Part shown: positions 31,934 to 41,667 of the stretch, one piece after another
How the letters are laid out: each line of letters starts with the position of its first letter
How positions within the stretch are numbered: position 1 is the stretch's first letter
Assembly (NCBI GenBank): GCA_016786765.1
Contig: JAEUUZ010000022.1
Location: 34,443-98,442 of the forward strand
Reading direction: 5' to 3'
Length of the DNA: 64,000 nt
Source of the DNA: Chitinophagales bacterium
GTDB lineage: Bacteria > Bacteroidota > Bacteroidia > Chitinophagales > LD1
Translations under genes and position numbers: made by a program
The notes under the pieces: generated by a model
What the model was told of the DNA's origin: nothing
The model's input: only the letters and a program-made list of their open reading frames with translations
Databases searched by the model: none

Positions 31934-33739
31934 ATGCATACTGCAACAGTTGACCACGGAGCACATTCAGCGCACGGACATGATGATCACGCTCATCATG
32001 AGTCGTCTTGGTTAGAGACTTATGTTTTCTGTCAAGATCACAAAACTATCGCTAAACAATTTTTGATTACGGGTATGTTTTGGGGAGTTGTCGGAGGATT
32101 ACTTTCAGTACTTTTCCGTTTGCAATTGGGATGGCCAAATGAAACGTTTCCGGTATTAGAAACATTTTTAGGGAAATGGGCTGAGGGCGGTAAAATCAGC
32201 AATGAGTTTTACTTGTCGTTGGTAACCATGCACGGAACCATCCTTGTATTCTTCGTATTAACAGGAGGTTTGTCGGGTACATTTTCTAACTTATTGATTC
32301 CTTATCAAATTGGAGCACGTGATATGGCTTCCGGCTTCATGAACATGTTGTCGTATTGGTTTTTCTTCACGGCATCTGTTATCATGTTTGCTTCTTTCTT
32401 CGTTCAAACCGGTGCAGCATCGGGAGGTTGGACGGCATATCCACCACTAAATGGTATGCGTTTGGAAGCGGTAAACAAAGGTTCAATGTTAGGGTTTGAC
32501 CTTTGGGCCTTATCTATGACTTTATTCGTTGTTTCTTCATTATTAGGTAGTTTGAACTATGTGGCTACTATCATGAACTTAAGAACAAAAGGAATGAACA
32601 TGTTGCGTTTACCATTAACCATTTGGGCGTTCTTGTTCACTGCTGTACTAGGTATCTTATCATTCCCTGCATTGTTAGCGGGTGTATCTTTATTGGAGTT
32701 CGATCGTTTATTAGGTACATCATTCTACTTGAATCAAATTGTAATTAACGGTAACTTATTAGATTACAAAGGTGGTTCACCGGTATTGTTCCAGCACTTA
32801 TTCTGGTTCTTAGGTCACCCGGAAGTATATATCATTATTCTTCCTGCGATGGGTATCGTATCAGAAGTATTATCAACACACGCGCGTAAGCCTATCTTCG
32901 GATATCGTGCGATGGTGGTGTCGATGATGGCTATCGTTATTATATCGTTCTTGGTTTGGGCCCACCACATGTTTGTTACCGGTTTGAACCCGAACTTAGC
33001 AGCCGTATTCGTATTGTTTACCTTGTTGATTGCCGTTCCTTCTGCCATTAAAGTATTCAACTGGATTGGTACCATTTGGAAAGGTAGTATTCGTTTAACA
33101 ACACCAATGTTGTTCGCTATCGGATTCGTATCGATGTTCATTTCGGGTGGTTTGACCGGTTTGATGTTGGGTAACTCTTCTATCGATATTCAATTGCACG
33201 ATACCTACTTCGTTGTAGCCCACTTCCACATTGTAATGGGGGTTGCCGGTTTCTTCGGTATGTTTGCAGGGGTGTATCACTGGTTCCCTCGTATGTACGG
33301 ACGTTACATGAACGAAACATTAGGTTACATTCACTTCTATATTACATTGATTGGAGGATATGCGATTTTCTTCCCAATGCACTTCATGACCGGTTTGCCA
33401 AGACGTTATTATTCATTCTCAAACTTCGATACATTCAGTTCGTTCGATAGTTTGGTAGTGTTTATCTCTGTTGCTGCTATTATCGTATTCTTAGCACAAA
33501 TCCTATTCATCGTTAACTTCTTCTACAGCATCTTCAAAGGAAGAAAATTAGAAGGCGAGTACAACAATCCATGGGGTGGAAATACATTAGAGTGGACTGC
33601 TCCTGTAGCAAGATTGCACGGTAACTGGCCTGGCGATATTCCTGCAGTACACCGTTGGCCATATGATTACTCTGTGAACGGACGTGAGTTTACTCCACAA
33701 ACTACGCCTTTAGCACCGGGTGAAGAAGAACATAAATAA
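31934..33739 (+). CDS. ctaD: Cytochrome c oxidase subunit I (A1 type)
   Basis: MHGT, WFLGHPEVY, WAHHM, HDTYFVVAHFH, PRRY. Confidence 0.97.
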   Translation: MHTATVDHGAHSAHGHDDHAHHESSWLETYVFCQDHKTIAKQFLITGMFWGVVGGLLSVLFRLQLGWPNETFPVLETFLGKWAEGGKISNEFYLSLVTMHGTILVFFVLTGGLSGTFSNLLIPYQIGARDMASGFMNMLSYWFFFTASVIMFASFFVQTGAASGGWTAYPPLNGMRLEAVNKGSMLGFDLWALSMTLFVVSSLLGSLNYVATIMNLRTKGMNMLRLPLTIWAFLFTAVLGILSFPALLAGVSLLEFDRLLGTSFYLNQIVINGNLLDYKGGSPVLFQHLFWFLGHPEVYIIILPAMGIVSEVLSTHARKPIFGYRAMVVSMMAIVIISFLVWAHHMFVTGLNPNLAAVFVLFTLLIAVPSAIKVFNWIGTIWKGSIRLTTPMLFAIGFVSMFISGGLTGLMLGNSSIDIQLHDTYFVVAHFHIVMGVAGFFGMFAGVYHWFPRMYGRYMNETLGYIHFYITLIGGYAIFFPMHFMTGLPRRYYSFSNFDTFSSFDSLVVFISVAAIIVFLAQILFIVNFFYSIFKGRKLEGEYNNPWGGNTLEWTAPVARLHGNWPGDIPAVHRWPYDYSVNGREFTPQTTPLAPGEEEHK

Positions 33740-33757
33740 GCTTTAATAAAAACTGAC

Positions 33758-34663
33758 GTGGCACAAACGCAAACATTAAAACTATCAAGTCTGATCTTGT
33801 TTAAACTTAGAGAGTATGCACTCTTAACTAAGTTTAGATTGAGTGTAACCGTAGTGTTATCGGGCTTGTTGGGCTATTTGTTTGGTGCAGAATACACGCA
33901 ATTCAGTTTTGGTGTTTTCTTCTTGTTCGTGTTATCGGGTTTATTGATTACTTGTTCGGCAAATGCCTTCAACGAAGTGATTGAGAAAGATATAGACGCG
34001 ATAATGGAGCGAACCAAAGATCGTCCGTTGCCCACAGGCCGTATGACCACTTCCGAAGCAATTATTGCAGCAGGAGTGATGGGTGTTTCAGGTTTGTTGA
34101 TTTTGTGGTTGAAATTTAGTTCGTTGGCTGCCATTATGGGTGCTATCTCTATTTTGAGTTATGCATTCATCTACACGCCTATGAAGAAAGTATCTTCAGC
34201 GGCAGTGTTTGTTGGCGCTATTCCCGGAGCATTACCACCGGCTATCGGTTATGTATGTGCAACGTATCCATCTACCTTCAACTATTTTATTGCTTCATTG
34301 CTGTTCTTTATACAGTTTTTGTGGCAGTTCCCGCATTTTTGGTCGATAGGTTGGTTGCGGTATGAAGATTACTTGAAGGCAGGCATTATGATGTTGCCTT
34401 CACAAAGCGGAAAAACAAGATTTAGTGCTATTCATTCATTGATTTATTGTGCGTTCTTATTGATTGTTTCGATGATGCCTTATACCTTTGGTATGGTAGG
34501 TATTTACGGAGCAAGTGTGATGTTGATTATGGGCGTTTTCTTTTTGTGGACTGCTACGCAGTTCTACAGAAATTGCGATGACGCCTCAGCGAAAAGAGTG
34601 TTATTGATGTCTTTTGCTTATCTGCCGATTGTACAATTGGCGATGGTGTTAGACAGAATATAA
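33758..34663 (+). CDS. ctaB: Protoheme IX farnesyltransferase (heme o synthase)
   Basis: NEVIEKDIDAIMERTKDRPLP, YTPMK, GAIPGALPP, WQFPHF. Confidence 0.95.
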   Translation: MAQTQTLKLSSLILFKLREYALLTKFRLSVTVVLSGLLGYLFGAEYTQFSFGVFFLFVLSGLLITCSANAFNEVIEKDIDAIMERTKDRPLPTGRMTTSEAIIAAGVMGVSGLLILWLKFSSLAAIMGAISILSYAFIYTPMKKVSSAAVFVGAIPGALPPAIGYVCATYPSTFNYFIASLLFFIQFLWQFPHFWSIGWLRYEDYLKAGIMMLPSQSGKTRFSAIHSLIYCAFLLIVSMMPYTFGMVGIYGASVMLIMGVFFLWTATQFYRNCDDASAKRVLLMSFAYLPIVQLAMVLDRI

Positions 34664-34734
34664 CCGCGGCACAAAGTTGATTGGATATTTTGACATTGAA
34701 AGTGCATTTGACAATTGAAAATTAACGGAGTAAA

Positions 34735-35358
34735 GTGGGAGAGGATAAATATTTAAACGAGTTAAAAAGTACTACCGAGTACACCGGGGTTCATCCGCAA
34801 AAGTTTGCACTCTGGCTTGGAATGGCAAGTATGACAATGTTCTTTGCAGCGTTAACCAGCGCAATGATTTTGAAGAAAGGCGATTTTCAATCGTGGGAGA
34901 ACTTTCGGTTGCCAACTGTATTTATGTACGGAACAGCAGCCATTGTTTTAGTAAGTGTGTTGATGCATGCCGCATTAGTCGCTTACCGAAAAGCAAGTTT
35001 TTCAACGTTTAGAGCCTTGCTCACAGCCGGTTTTTTGATGGCTATTGTGTTTCTCTACTGCCAATATATTGGTTGGAGTGCCATGAATGCCATCGGTAAA
35101 TCGATAACCGGAAATATCTCGGGACAGTTTGTGTTTTTGATTTCCTACTTACACGGATTTCATATTATGATCGGACTGATTGTGACCTTATTCTTCTTAT
35201 TCTTTGCGTTTCGCGACCGAAAAAATCCGGTATACGAAATGAACAACACCGTTAATCCAAAACGCTTGTTGCACATGGAATTACTGGTTTCGTTTTGGCA
35301 TTTCATCGATATCGTTTGGATATATTTGTATTTATTTTTTTACTTTAATTATCAATAA
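34735..35358 (+). CDS. Cytochrome c oxidase subunit III family protein (first copy)
   Basis: KFALWLGMASMTMFFA, LHGFH, FWHFIDIVWIYLY. Confidence 0.88.
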   Translation: MGEDKYLNELKSTTEYTGVHPQKFALWLGMASMTMFFAALTSAMILKKGDFQSWENFRLPTVFMYGTAAIVLVSVLMHAALVAYRKASFSTFRALLTAGFLMAIVFLYCQYIGWSAMNAIGKSITGNISGQFVFLISYLHGFHIMIGLIVTLFFLFFAFRDRKNPVYEMNNTVNPKRLLHMELLVSFWHFIDIVWIYLYLFFYFNYQ

Positions 35359-35372
35359 AAAGTTAGTAAAAC

Positions 35373-36062
35373 ATGGCAGCTACTTTAGAACACGGACATC
35401 ACGCTCAGCCTTCTGAGCAGGAATTATGGGCAGGGGGTCGTTCTCCGTTCAAAACCAGCTATGGTAAGGTGATGATGTGGTATTTCCTTATATCGGATAC
35501 CTTCACGTTTGCATCGTTCCTTATTGCCTATTCTGCATTGCGTTTCACGCAGTCTGAAGCATGGCCGAAAGCAGCAGAGGTATTCAAATCTATTCCTATC
35601 CACGGTTTAGATCACTACAACTTACCATTGGTATTCGTAAGTTTTATGACCTTCCTATTGATTGTGAGTTCTTACACCATGGTAAGAGCCGTACAAGAAG
35701 GGTATCGTATGAACAAAAGCGGAGTAATCAAATTCCTTATTCCAACATTAGTGTGTGGCGTATTGTTCTTAGGTTGCCAGTATTTAGAGTGGACACACTT
35801 AATCCACGATGGAATGACCGCTACAACCGCTAGCGAGGCTACAAAAGTTGTAAACTTCGGTCAGTTGTTCTTTATCATCACCGGTTTCCACGGATTGCAC
35901 GTATTCGGAGGGGTTGTATTGTTAACGTGGTTAACCGTAGCAACTTGGAACGGCACATTCGAAAAACGCGGACACTACGAAATGGTAGAGAAAATTGGTT
36001 TGTACTGGCACTTTGTTGACTTAGTTTGGGTGTATGTATTCTTAAGCTTCTATCTACTATAA
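35373..36062 (+). CDS. ctaE: Cytochrome c oxidase subunit III family protein (second copy)
   Basis: WYFLISDTFTF, TGFHGLHV, GLYWHFVDLVWV. Confidence 0.92.
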   Translation: MAATLEHGHHAQPSEQELWAGGRSPFKTSYGKVMMWYFLISDTFTFASFLIAYSALRFTQSEAWPKAAEVFKSIPIHGLDHYNLPLVFVSFMTFLLIVSSYTMVRAVQEGYRMNKSGVIKFLIPTLVCGVLFLGCQYLEWTHLIHDGMTATTASEATKVVNFGQLFFIITGFHGLHVFGGVVLLTWLTVATWNGTFEKRGHYEMVEKIGLYWHFVDLVWVYVFLSFYLL

Positions 36063-36108
36063 TCCATCAAAAACGATCATCTATTAAATTCTAAATAACT
36101 TATTCGAT

Positions 36109-36486
36109 ATGGAAAATAATCACGAAATGCCGGAAGGCCACTTACACTGGAACGACCAAGAATATAGCGATAGCCGCAAAGATGTATTGAAAACCATTAT
36201 CATACTTTCTGTAGTTACCATTACAGAGGTAGGTATTGCCATTGTTTACGACCACTTCAACCCAACAGGCGGAAACTTCAAATGGGCCATTAACTTATTT
36301 ATGGTTGTAGCTTCAGTATTTAAAGTGTACTACATCATGGGTACCTTTATGCACTTGAAACACGAAACCAAAGGCTTTTTAATGACCGTATTTGTTCCGT
36401 TTACCTTCTTGATTTGGGCCATCATCGCCTTTACCTTAGAAGGACAATCGTGGGCACACATGCGCTCGTTGTTGAACGTATTTTAA
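36109..36486 (+). CDS. ctaF: Cytochrome c oxidase subunit IV family protein
   Basis: Three TM helices, KVYYIMGTFMHLKHE; last gene of the operon. Confidence 0.85.
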   Translation: MENNHEMPEGHLHWNDQEYSDSRKDVLKTIIILSVVTITEVGIAIVYDHFNPTGGNFKWAINLFMVVASVFKVYYIMGTFMHLKHETKGFLMTVFVPFTFLIWAIIAFTLEGQSWAHMRSLLNVF

Positions 36487-36506
36487 GCAAAACCAAACTT
36501 ATAAGG

Positions 36507-36536
36507 AAGACGACTCGCAAGGGTCGTCTTTTTTTT
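36507..36536 (+). terminator. Intrinsic terminator of the act-cox operon
   Basis: AAGACGACTC-GCAA-GGGTCGTCTT followed by a T run. Confidence 0.85.
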
Positions 36537-36543
36537 GTGACCT

Positions 36544-36613
36544 CCCTAAATCCCTCCAAAGGAGGGACTTGAAATGCGACCACCCTAAATCCCTCCTTGA
36601 TCAGGAGGGACTT
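36544..36613. repeat. Two REP-like palindromes CCCTAAATCCCTCC...GGAGGGACTT
   Basis: Copies at 36544-36570 and 36583-36613. Related units (CCTCCCCCTACCCCCTCCAGAGGGGGACAA) at 54745-54775 and 54844-54873. Confidence 0.75.
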
Positions 36614-36627
36614 TGACAAAATACTTT

Positions 36628-36713
36628 TTTGGGCGTTTTAACGGGCTTTCCGTTCCAATCTGCGGCAATAAGAATTGCCGCAGGATTTCCACTGCAATCC
36701 CTAACGCGGCATT
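36628..36713 (+). repeat. About 85-bp dispersed element, copy 1
   Basis: GGGCTTTCCGTTCCAATC-TGCGGCAAT..ATTGCCGCA-GGATTTCCACTGCAATCCCTAACGCGGCATT; near-identical to 39738-39823. Confidence 0.85.
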
Positions 36714-36732
36714 CAGCATGCATTTACTATTT

Positions 36733-36867
36733 ATTGATTTAAGATGAGTTGATTTAAGATGTATTGATTTAAGATATATTGATTTAAGATGTATTGATTT
36801 AAGATGTATTGATTTAAGATGTATTGATTTAAGATATATTGATTTAAGATATATTGATTTAAGCTGT
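36733..36867. repeat. Tandem repeat, 9 x 15 bp (consensus ATTGATTTAAGATRT)
   Basis: Nine consecutive units counted directly, with no spacers. Confidence 0.95.
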
Positions 36868-36900
36868 AAGAATTTGACATTGGACATTGCTCTTTAGAAC

Positions 36901-36926
36901 GTCATTCCCGCGGAGGCGGGAATCTC
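36901..36926. repeat. REP-like palindrome GTCATTCCCGCGGAGGCGGGAATCTC
   Basis: ATTCCCGC...GCGGGAAT stem. Related GTCA(T/C)TTCGA...GAGAA(A/G)TCTC elements at 38894-38971 and 54430-54505. Confidence 0.7.
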
Positions 36927-37266
36927 ATGATAGTAGTCGAAAGATTCATTAGTAAATAGCTTTGCATTTCGTTATACAATTCTTATAAAGTGTTACAAGA
37001 TTATTACAAAAGTATAATTACACTGTTGTAGGGTGGAAATACCCTACAACGAGGAAACGGTTCATTTACTAGCACAATTTTGAATGAAGCACACTGCTGT
37101 CCTCCGCTGGCGGAGGTGCCACGACAGAGGAGGGGCGGAGGTGGTTCCTCTGTCCTAAAGTTGCAGTTATCACCAACAGAGATAATGATTTTAAAAATGG
37201 AGTGGTACGGTGATAACACCGACCACAGGTGAAAATGGAAAAACTCTCATTCTTTTGGTTGTCATT

Positions 37267-37560
37267 TTATACTAACTTAAAATGTTCCTTTAATCGAATT
37301 GAAGGCTTGTCGATTTTTCGAATCAGTTTCTTCATTCCTCCCGATTGGATTTGATACAGATTTCCATTCTCCTCCACAAACATGGGTAAATTTGTTTGCA
37401 TTGCTTTTTGGTTAGCTTTAAAGGTAGCTAAAATTGCAGCACCAGCCATTGCGCCAAGAATAGTGCCGTTTTCGCTTTTGTTTGTAAGTATGGCTCCCAA
37501 TGTAGCACCTATTAAACCACCTGTAATAAGCGACTCAAATATTTCTTCATCGTTTTTCAT
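37267..37560 (-). CDS. Small hypothetical protein with glycine-zipper-like N-terminus
   Basis: GGLIGATLGAI...GAMAGAAILA followed by a basic C-terminus; lies between repeat units. Confidence 0.7.
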   Translation of the reverse strand: MKNDEEIFESLITGGLIGATLGAILTNKSENGTILGAMAGAAILATFKANQKAMQTNLPMFVEENGNLYQIQSGGMKKLIRKIDKPSIRLKEHFKLV

Positions 37561-38089
37561 ATTCCAAATTTAATCATTTCTTGTTGGGTTGTTAGCGTTT
37601 TTTAATTTCAGGTAAAATCATGGTGTTAGTAAAAGGAGAATTTAAAGATTTTTTCCGTTTTTCCGTTGGTTGGTGTTATCAACAACCGAGATGCTGATTG
37701 AAAAATGGAGCGCTAATTAAACTACAAAACGTTACATAATTCTTATTAAGTGTTACAGCATTCCATGAAGCTTATTTAAATGGAGTGGTGCGGTGATAAC
37801 ACCGACCAGAGGTGAAAACGGTTCATTTACTAGCACAATTTTGAATGCAGCACACTGCTGTCCTCCGCTGGCGGAGGTGGTCCCGCCCTTGGCGGGAGCG
37901 GAGGTGGTTCTTTTCCCTACAATTGCAGTTATCACCATCCAAGAAGCTTATTTAAAATAGTGTGGTACGGTGATAACACCGACCACAGGTAGAAGTTGAT
38001 TTAAAATTGGTGTGGTACTACCCCCCCCCACCTCAACTATAACCTAACCTAATTTTCTTACTTTAGTTTTCGTTAAAACCCTAAGTACT

Positions 38090-38620
38090 ATGTATAAGCT
38101 CTCGATGTATGCCATTGCCGTGTTGGCCATGTTGTTTGGTGTGTGGGTCCGCAACACATTGAATAAAAAAAGCGGTAATGCTTTGCTCAAAAAGTTACGG
38201 GCAGGAACCTTAGCTATTCAAGACATAATTCCTGAACTGATATGGTTAGTAGAATCTTGCGCAAAAGCGGAAGTAGATTTTGCCAATATTTCGCTTTTAA
38301 AAGCCGGCAAGAAAATACATACCCCACGTGGCGATTTTAATATCGAGTATATAGAATTACTAGAGAACAACGACTTAGTGATTGCCGTATTCGGCAACGA
38401 AGACGATACCGTGGGCACAGTGAATCATAAAAACACTGCACTCTATTTTTTTCTAATTCATTTTAATGCTGCGAACGATTGTTACGAAGTGAAGAGTGAA
38501 ATAAGCACCCAGTTGAGTGAAAAATTATTCAAAAAAGAATTTGCTCAAGCACTTCTTTTCGCTAAGCCATTGGACCGCAATGATGCGGAAGATGTGTTTG
38601 ATGAAGATGAAGAAGAGTAG
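38090..38620 (+). CDS. Hypothetical protein, N-terminal TM anchor and acidic tail
   Basis: 176-aa ORF with natural composition, located between repeat units 2 and 3. Confidence 0.65.
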   Translation: MYKLSMYAIAVLAMLFGVWVRNTLNKKSGNALLKKLRAGTLAIQDIIPELIWLVESCAKAEVDFANISLLKAGKKIHTPRGDFNIEYIELLENNDLVIAVFGNEDDTVGTVNHKNTALYFFLIHFNAANDCYEVKSEISTQLSEKLFKKEFAQALLFAKPLDRNDAEDVFDEDEEE

Positions 38621-39112
38621 GTAACACACTCCTTTCTGATATGCTATTTTTCCTTTGCTGTTTTTATAGCCTAACAAGAAACAGAATTTAAGCGAAGTGG
38701 TGCGTGGTTCATTTACTAGCACAATTTTGAATGAAGCAGAATGCTGTCCTCCGCTGGCGGAGGTGGTCCCGCCTTTGGCGGGAGCGGAGGTGGTTCCTCT
38801 TACCTTCAGTTGCTATTATCTCCAACCAAGAAGCTTATTTAAATGGAGTGGTACGGTGATAACACCGCGCACAGGTGAAAAATTATAGAAGCCGTCACTT
38901 CGACTTCCGAGGAGAAGTCTCTGTCTATGATTCACTGAGATTTCTCCACTCGCGGACTCGGTCGAAATGACGAAAATTTTTCTTCCGAACACCTGTAGAG
39001 TTATCACCAACCGAGAAGAAGATTATAAGATGAAGTGGTGCGGTGATAACACCGACCACAGGTGAAACAATAAAACAAACAAAAAGCCTTATTTTACACC
39101 ATAAAAGCACCC

Positions 39113-39649
39113 ATGCCCAACAGAATCACATTGCAAGTCTTCTTGCTCACTACACTGCTTGTTATTGCCGGTTTAATTCTCCGCTATTTTGAAATAGGCT
39201 TAAGATTTATCGATGGAATCGATTTATATGGCAATATAGTTATGCGCTGTTCAGGCATTTATTTGTTGTATGATACTAGAGGTGTAACCCATGCTAAATT
39301 TTGGTATGCGATAGCAATAGCGATAGTAGTATTGGTATTAGGTATGCTGATAAAGATTATGCATTGGCCGGGAGCAAATCAAATGATCATGATTGGCTCG
39401 GGTAGTGTAATTATTTTGTATGGTATACGCTTTTTTCAAAAAAGCGAAAAGAATCATCTCGATGTACTCAAACTTCTTTTTGTATGGGTTTCCTTTGGTT
39501 ATTTTCTGCTATTGGCATTTCATATCCACACCGAAATTCCGATTATAGCCTCTCCCATCTTACTCCTTCTCTGTGTATTTGATTATATGTATATCCAATA
39601 CCAAAACGATACGCTTTTTTTTAAAAAGCTGCTGATGCTTGAAGCATAG
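39113..39649 (+). CDS. Small membrane protein with GldL N-terminal-like motif
   Basis: GMLIKIMHWPGANQMIMIG motif; about 6 TM segments. Confidence 0.7.
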   Translation: MPNRITLQVFLLTTLLVIAGLILRYFEIGLRFIDGIDLYGNIVMRCSGIYLLYDTRGVTHAKFWYAIAIAIVVLVLGMLIKIMHWPGANQMIMIGSGSVIILYGIRFFQKSEKNHLDVLKLLFVWVSFGYFLLLAFHIHTEIPIIASPILLLLCVFDYMYIQYQNDTLFFKKLLMLEA

Positions 39650-39737
39650 CTCTTTTAACGTTTTTTCATCTGGCGCAAGAATGCAGGGTTGGTTTTCGGT
39701 TGGAACTCTTTGCCACAATAGAAAAATTGTGTGCATT

Positions 39738-39823
39738 TTTTTGGCGTTTTACGGGCTTTTCGTTGCAATCTGCGCCAATAAGAATTGCCGCAGGATTTCC
39801 ACTGCAATCCCTAACGCGGCATT
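39738..39823 (+). repeat. About 85-bp dispersed element, copy 2
   Basis: Near-identical to 36628-36713. Confidence 0.85.
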
Positions 39824-39860
39824 GAGGTTCATTGGAAGTGTTGTTATCAATGAAAAATGG

Positions 39861-40766
39861 CTACATATACTGCCGTAAATACTTAATGACATTGTCAATA
39901 CCGGCTTTCATTTCCAACCAATATTGTTCTTCGTTAAAAGTTGACCATTTTTTATAATAACCATCTACATAAAGCGATGTCATTTTTAAATAGGGCGTCC
40001 AATAGAACTTAAACCCTTCAAACATGAATTCTTTGTATTGTGGTAATGCTCGTTTATGCAATTCAGTAAACCATTGCTCGTCTTTACTGAATACAAATTC
40101 TACACGGTGCGTAATTCGAATATCAATATTGTCGAAATAGTTTTTTGAAACACAACACCAATTACCGTTAACTTCTTGGGCTTTAAACTTCTTGTTTAAG
40201 AATATTTTGTTGAGTATTCTACATTGTTCTTCTGCAAATTCATCAGGTGTTTTAATGATGTTCATGTCAAAGCCTTCTTCAATGGTTTCTCTGCTTTTTT
40301 TCTCGATATGTGCACCGTTTACAATATCTCTAATCTCATGTATGGCATCCAAAAATATTTCTTCGCCATCGCCCCCTGCACCAAACCTGTTTTCATCTTC
40401 TGCTAATGCATCTCTATGCAATAAGACACTCATTTCTCGATTGTTGAGTTGCGAGAACTCATACAAATTCATAGAACCAATAATCATGTAATGCTCGTTG
40501 TAATAGCATTTAGCATGCACATTGGGATGATGTAATAAATTAAGGTTAGAGAGTTCCATTAGCTTCTGCTTCTCGGTTACCGATAATTTATCCTCTCTAT
40601 AAATTATAGTTGTTTCTACACCTCTTTGGTTAGCCTTTTTCAAATGATTAAAAATTTGCTCCGACATTTTGATGTAAGGAACTATAATAATAAGCTCTCG
40701 CTCTGTTTCATCAATTAATTTAGGAATCCATTGATTGAGGAGGGTGGTGTTTAAGAATTTTGCCAT
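39861..40766 (-). CDS. Phospholipase D superfamily (single HKD, nuclease-like) protein
   Basis: IIIVPYIK...VHAKCYYNEHYMIIGSMNLYEFSQLNNREM (HxK...GSxN...NxE). Confidence 0.82.
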   Translation of the reverse strand: MAKFLNTTLLNQWIPKLIDETERELIIIVPYIKMSEQIFNHLKKANQRGVETTIIYREDKLSVTEKQKLMELSNLNLLHHPNVHAKCYYNEHYMIIGSMNLYEFSQLNNREMSVLLHRDALAEDENRFGAGGDGEEIFLDAIHEIRDIVNGAHIEKKSRETIEEGFDMNIIKTPDEFAEEQCRILNKIFLNKKFKAQEVNGNWCCVSKNYFDNIDIRITHRVEFVFSKDEQWFTELHKRALPQYKEFMFEGFKFYWTPYLKMTSLYVDGYYKKWSTFNEEQYWLEMKAGIDNVIKYLRQYM

Positions 40767-40790
40767 TGTCGAAAATAGTATAGCTGTTTA

Positions 40791-41624
40791 TTATTTTAAA
40801 TGTTCGTAATACAAAAGTATTGGAGGATTTAAAACTAGACTCCTATCCAAATTGTCAAACATTCTATATTCCTCTAAAAGAGGAAAAAGTTTTTTCTTTC
40901 CATTGTCATGTAGCCCATTTAAAAAAAGGAAAACTAATTCGTAACAAGAAAGTGATGCCCTGAAAATTGATGCATACTTTTTCTTCTCTTCAACTTCAAG
41001 AGGAGCTTCATGAATAAATTTTAAAACATGATATGTAAAAGTATAATAATGGTATAGGTCACCTTTGTAGCTTTCTTGAATTGTATTGTAACGAAATTGA
41101 AATTGACTAAACAAACCATTCCTACAAAAGCGTTCAATCTCATTATACCAATATCTAAAACAATCACGACCTTCTGCAATTTTTTCGAATTTATTAGGTG
41201 AATTTTCACTAACTATTTGAATATCCATAGATTCTACAATTCTAAAGTGTGCATCTAATAATCTGAAAAATGTGTCTTCAAAGCGTTGTCTATTTATATA
41301 TTTTATTTGCTTTTCATTTGCTGTATTTTGATCGACATAAGCTTTTTTTTGGTCAATGTTAGCTTTATATTGAATCCAAAATGCTAGAAAGGTTAGAATG
41401 GATGCCATGATGGCTATGAATGGGGCGGAGATTCCATTTATGGTATCGCCAATTCCACCAGTTCCGGTAAATGAAGTTATGCTTACTACTTTAACTAATA
41501 ATATAGGAAGTATGAGAATCGAAAATGCACCTATACAAATAATGATATACAACCCTGTTTTTAAGAATGATTTTTCAGTTGGAGTTATGTTATTTAAGAA
41601 CTCTATTATTCCTTGATTTTTCAT
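40791..41624 (-). CDS. Putative phage abortive infection protein (putAbiC-like)
   Basis: Two N-terminal TM helices (GGIGDTING...AFWIQY), FEDTFFRLL, LYHYYTFTYHVLKFI...KYASIFRASLSCYELVFLFLNGL. Confidence 0.75.
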   Translation of the reverse strand: MKNQGIIEFLNNITPTEKSFLKTGLYIIICIGAFSILILPILLVKVVSITSFTGTGGIGDTINGISAPFIAIMASILTFLAFWIQYKANIDQKKAYVDQNTANEKQIKYINRQRFEDTFFRLLDAHFRIVESMDIQIVSENSPNKFEKIAEGRDCFRYWYNEIERFCRNGLFSQFQFRYNTIQESYKGDLYHYYTFTYHVLKFIHEAPLEVEEKKKYASIFRASLSCYELVFLFLNGLHDNGKKKLFPLLEEYRMFDNLDRSLVLNPPILLYYEHLK

Positions 41625-41667
41625 AGTAGTTGGGGGGTAATTAGTTGTTTAATAAAAAATTAGTTGA

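Larger units (their letters stand above)
37058..39067. repeat. BIME-like composite repeats: three ~175-bp units plus two partial units
   Basis: Units at 37058-37235, 37819-37990 and 38706-38880; partial units at 37767-37818 and 39000-39067. The hairpin GTGGTRCGGTG-ATAA-CACCGACCAC (some copies imperfect) starts at 37202, 37785, 37962, 38848 and 39035. Confidence 0.88.

Noticed and set aside
36733-36867. CRISPR array
   Set aside because: Units are contiguous 15-mers with no unique spacers, and there are no cas genes in the window.
36585-36887. ORF encoding (KSIHL/KSIYL)n as a pentapeptide-repeat protein
   Set aside because: It is the translation of the 15-bp tandem repeat plus the 85-bp element, and does not match the A(D/N)LxxA pentapeptide consensus.
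37004-38888. Short ORFs 37004-37219, 37753-37938 and 38697-38888 sharing SASGGQQC..FKIVLVNEP (or its reverse-strand reading)
   Set aside because: The shared peptide arises from the DNA repeat unit; the conservation is explained by hairpins, not by coding.
37058-39067. CRISPR array or integron attC cassette array
   Set aside because: Spacing is irregular (about 170-890 bp). I could not find paired RYYYAAC/GTTRRRY core sites bounding the units, and there is no intI. Kept only as a REP/BIME-like mosaic.
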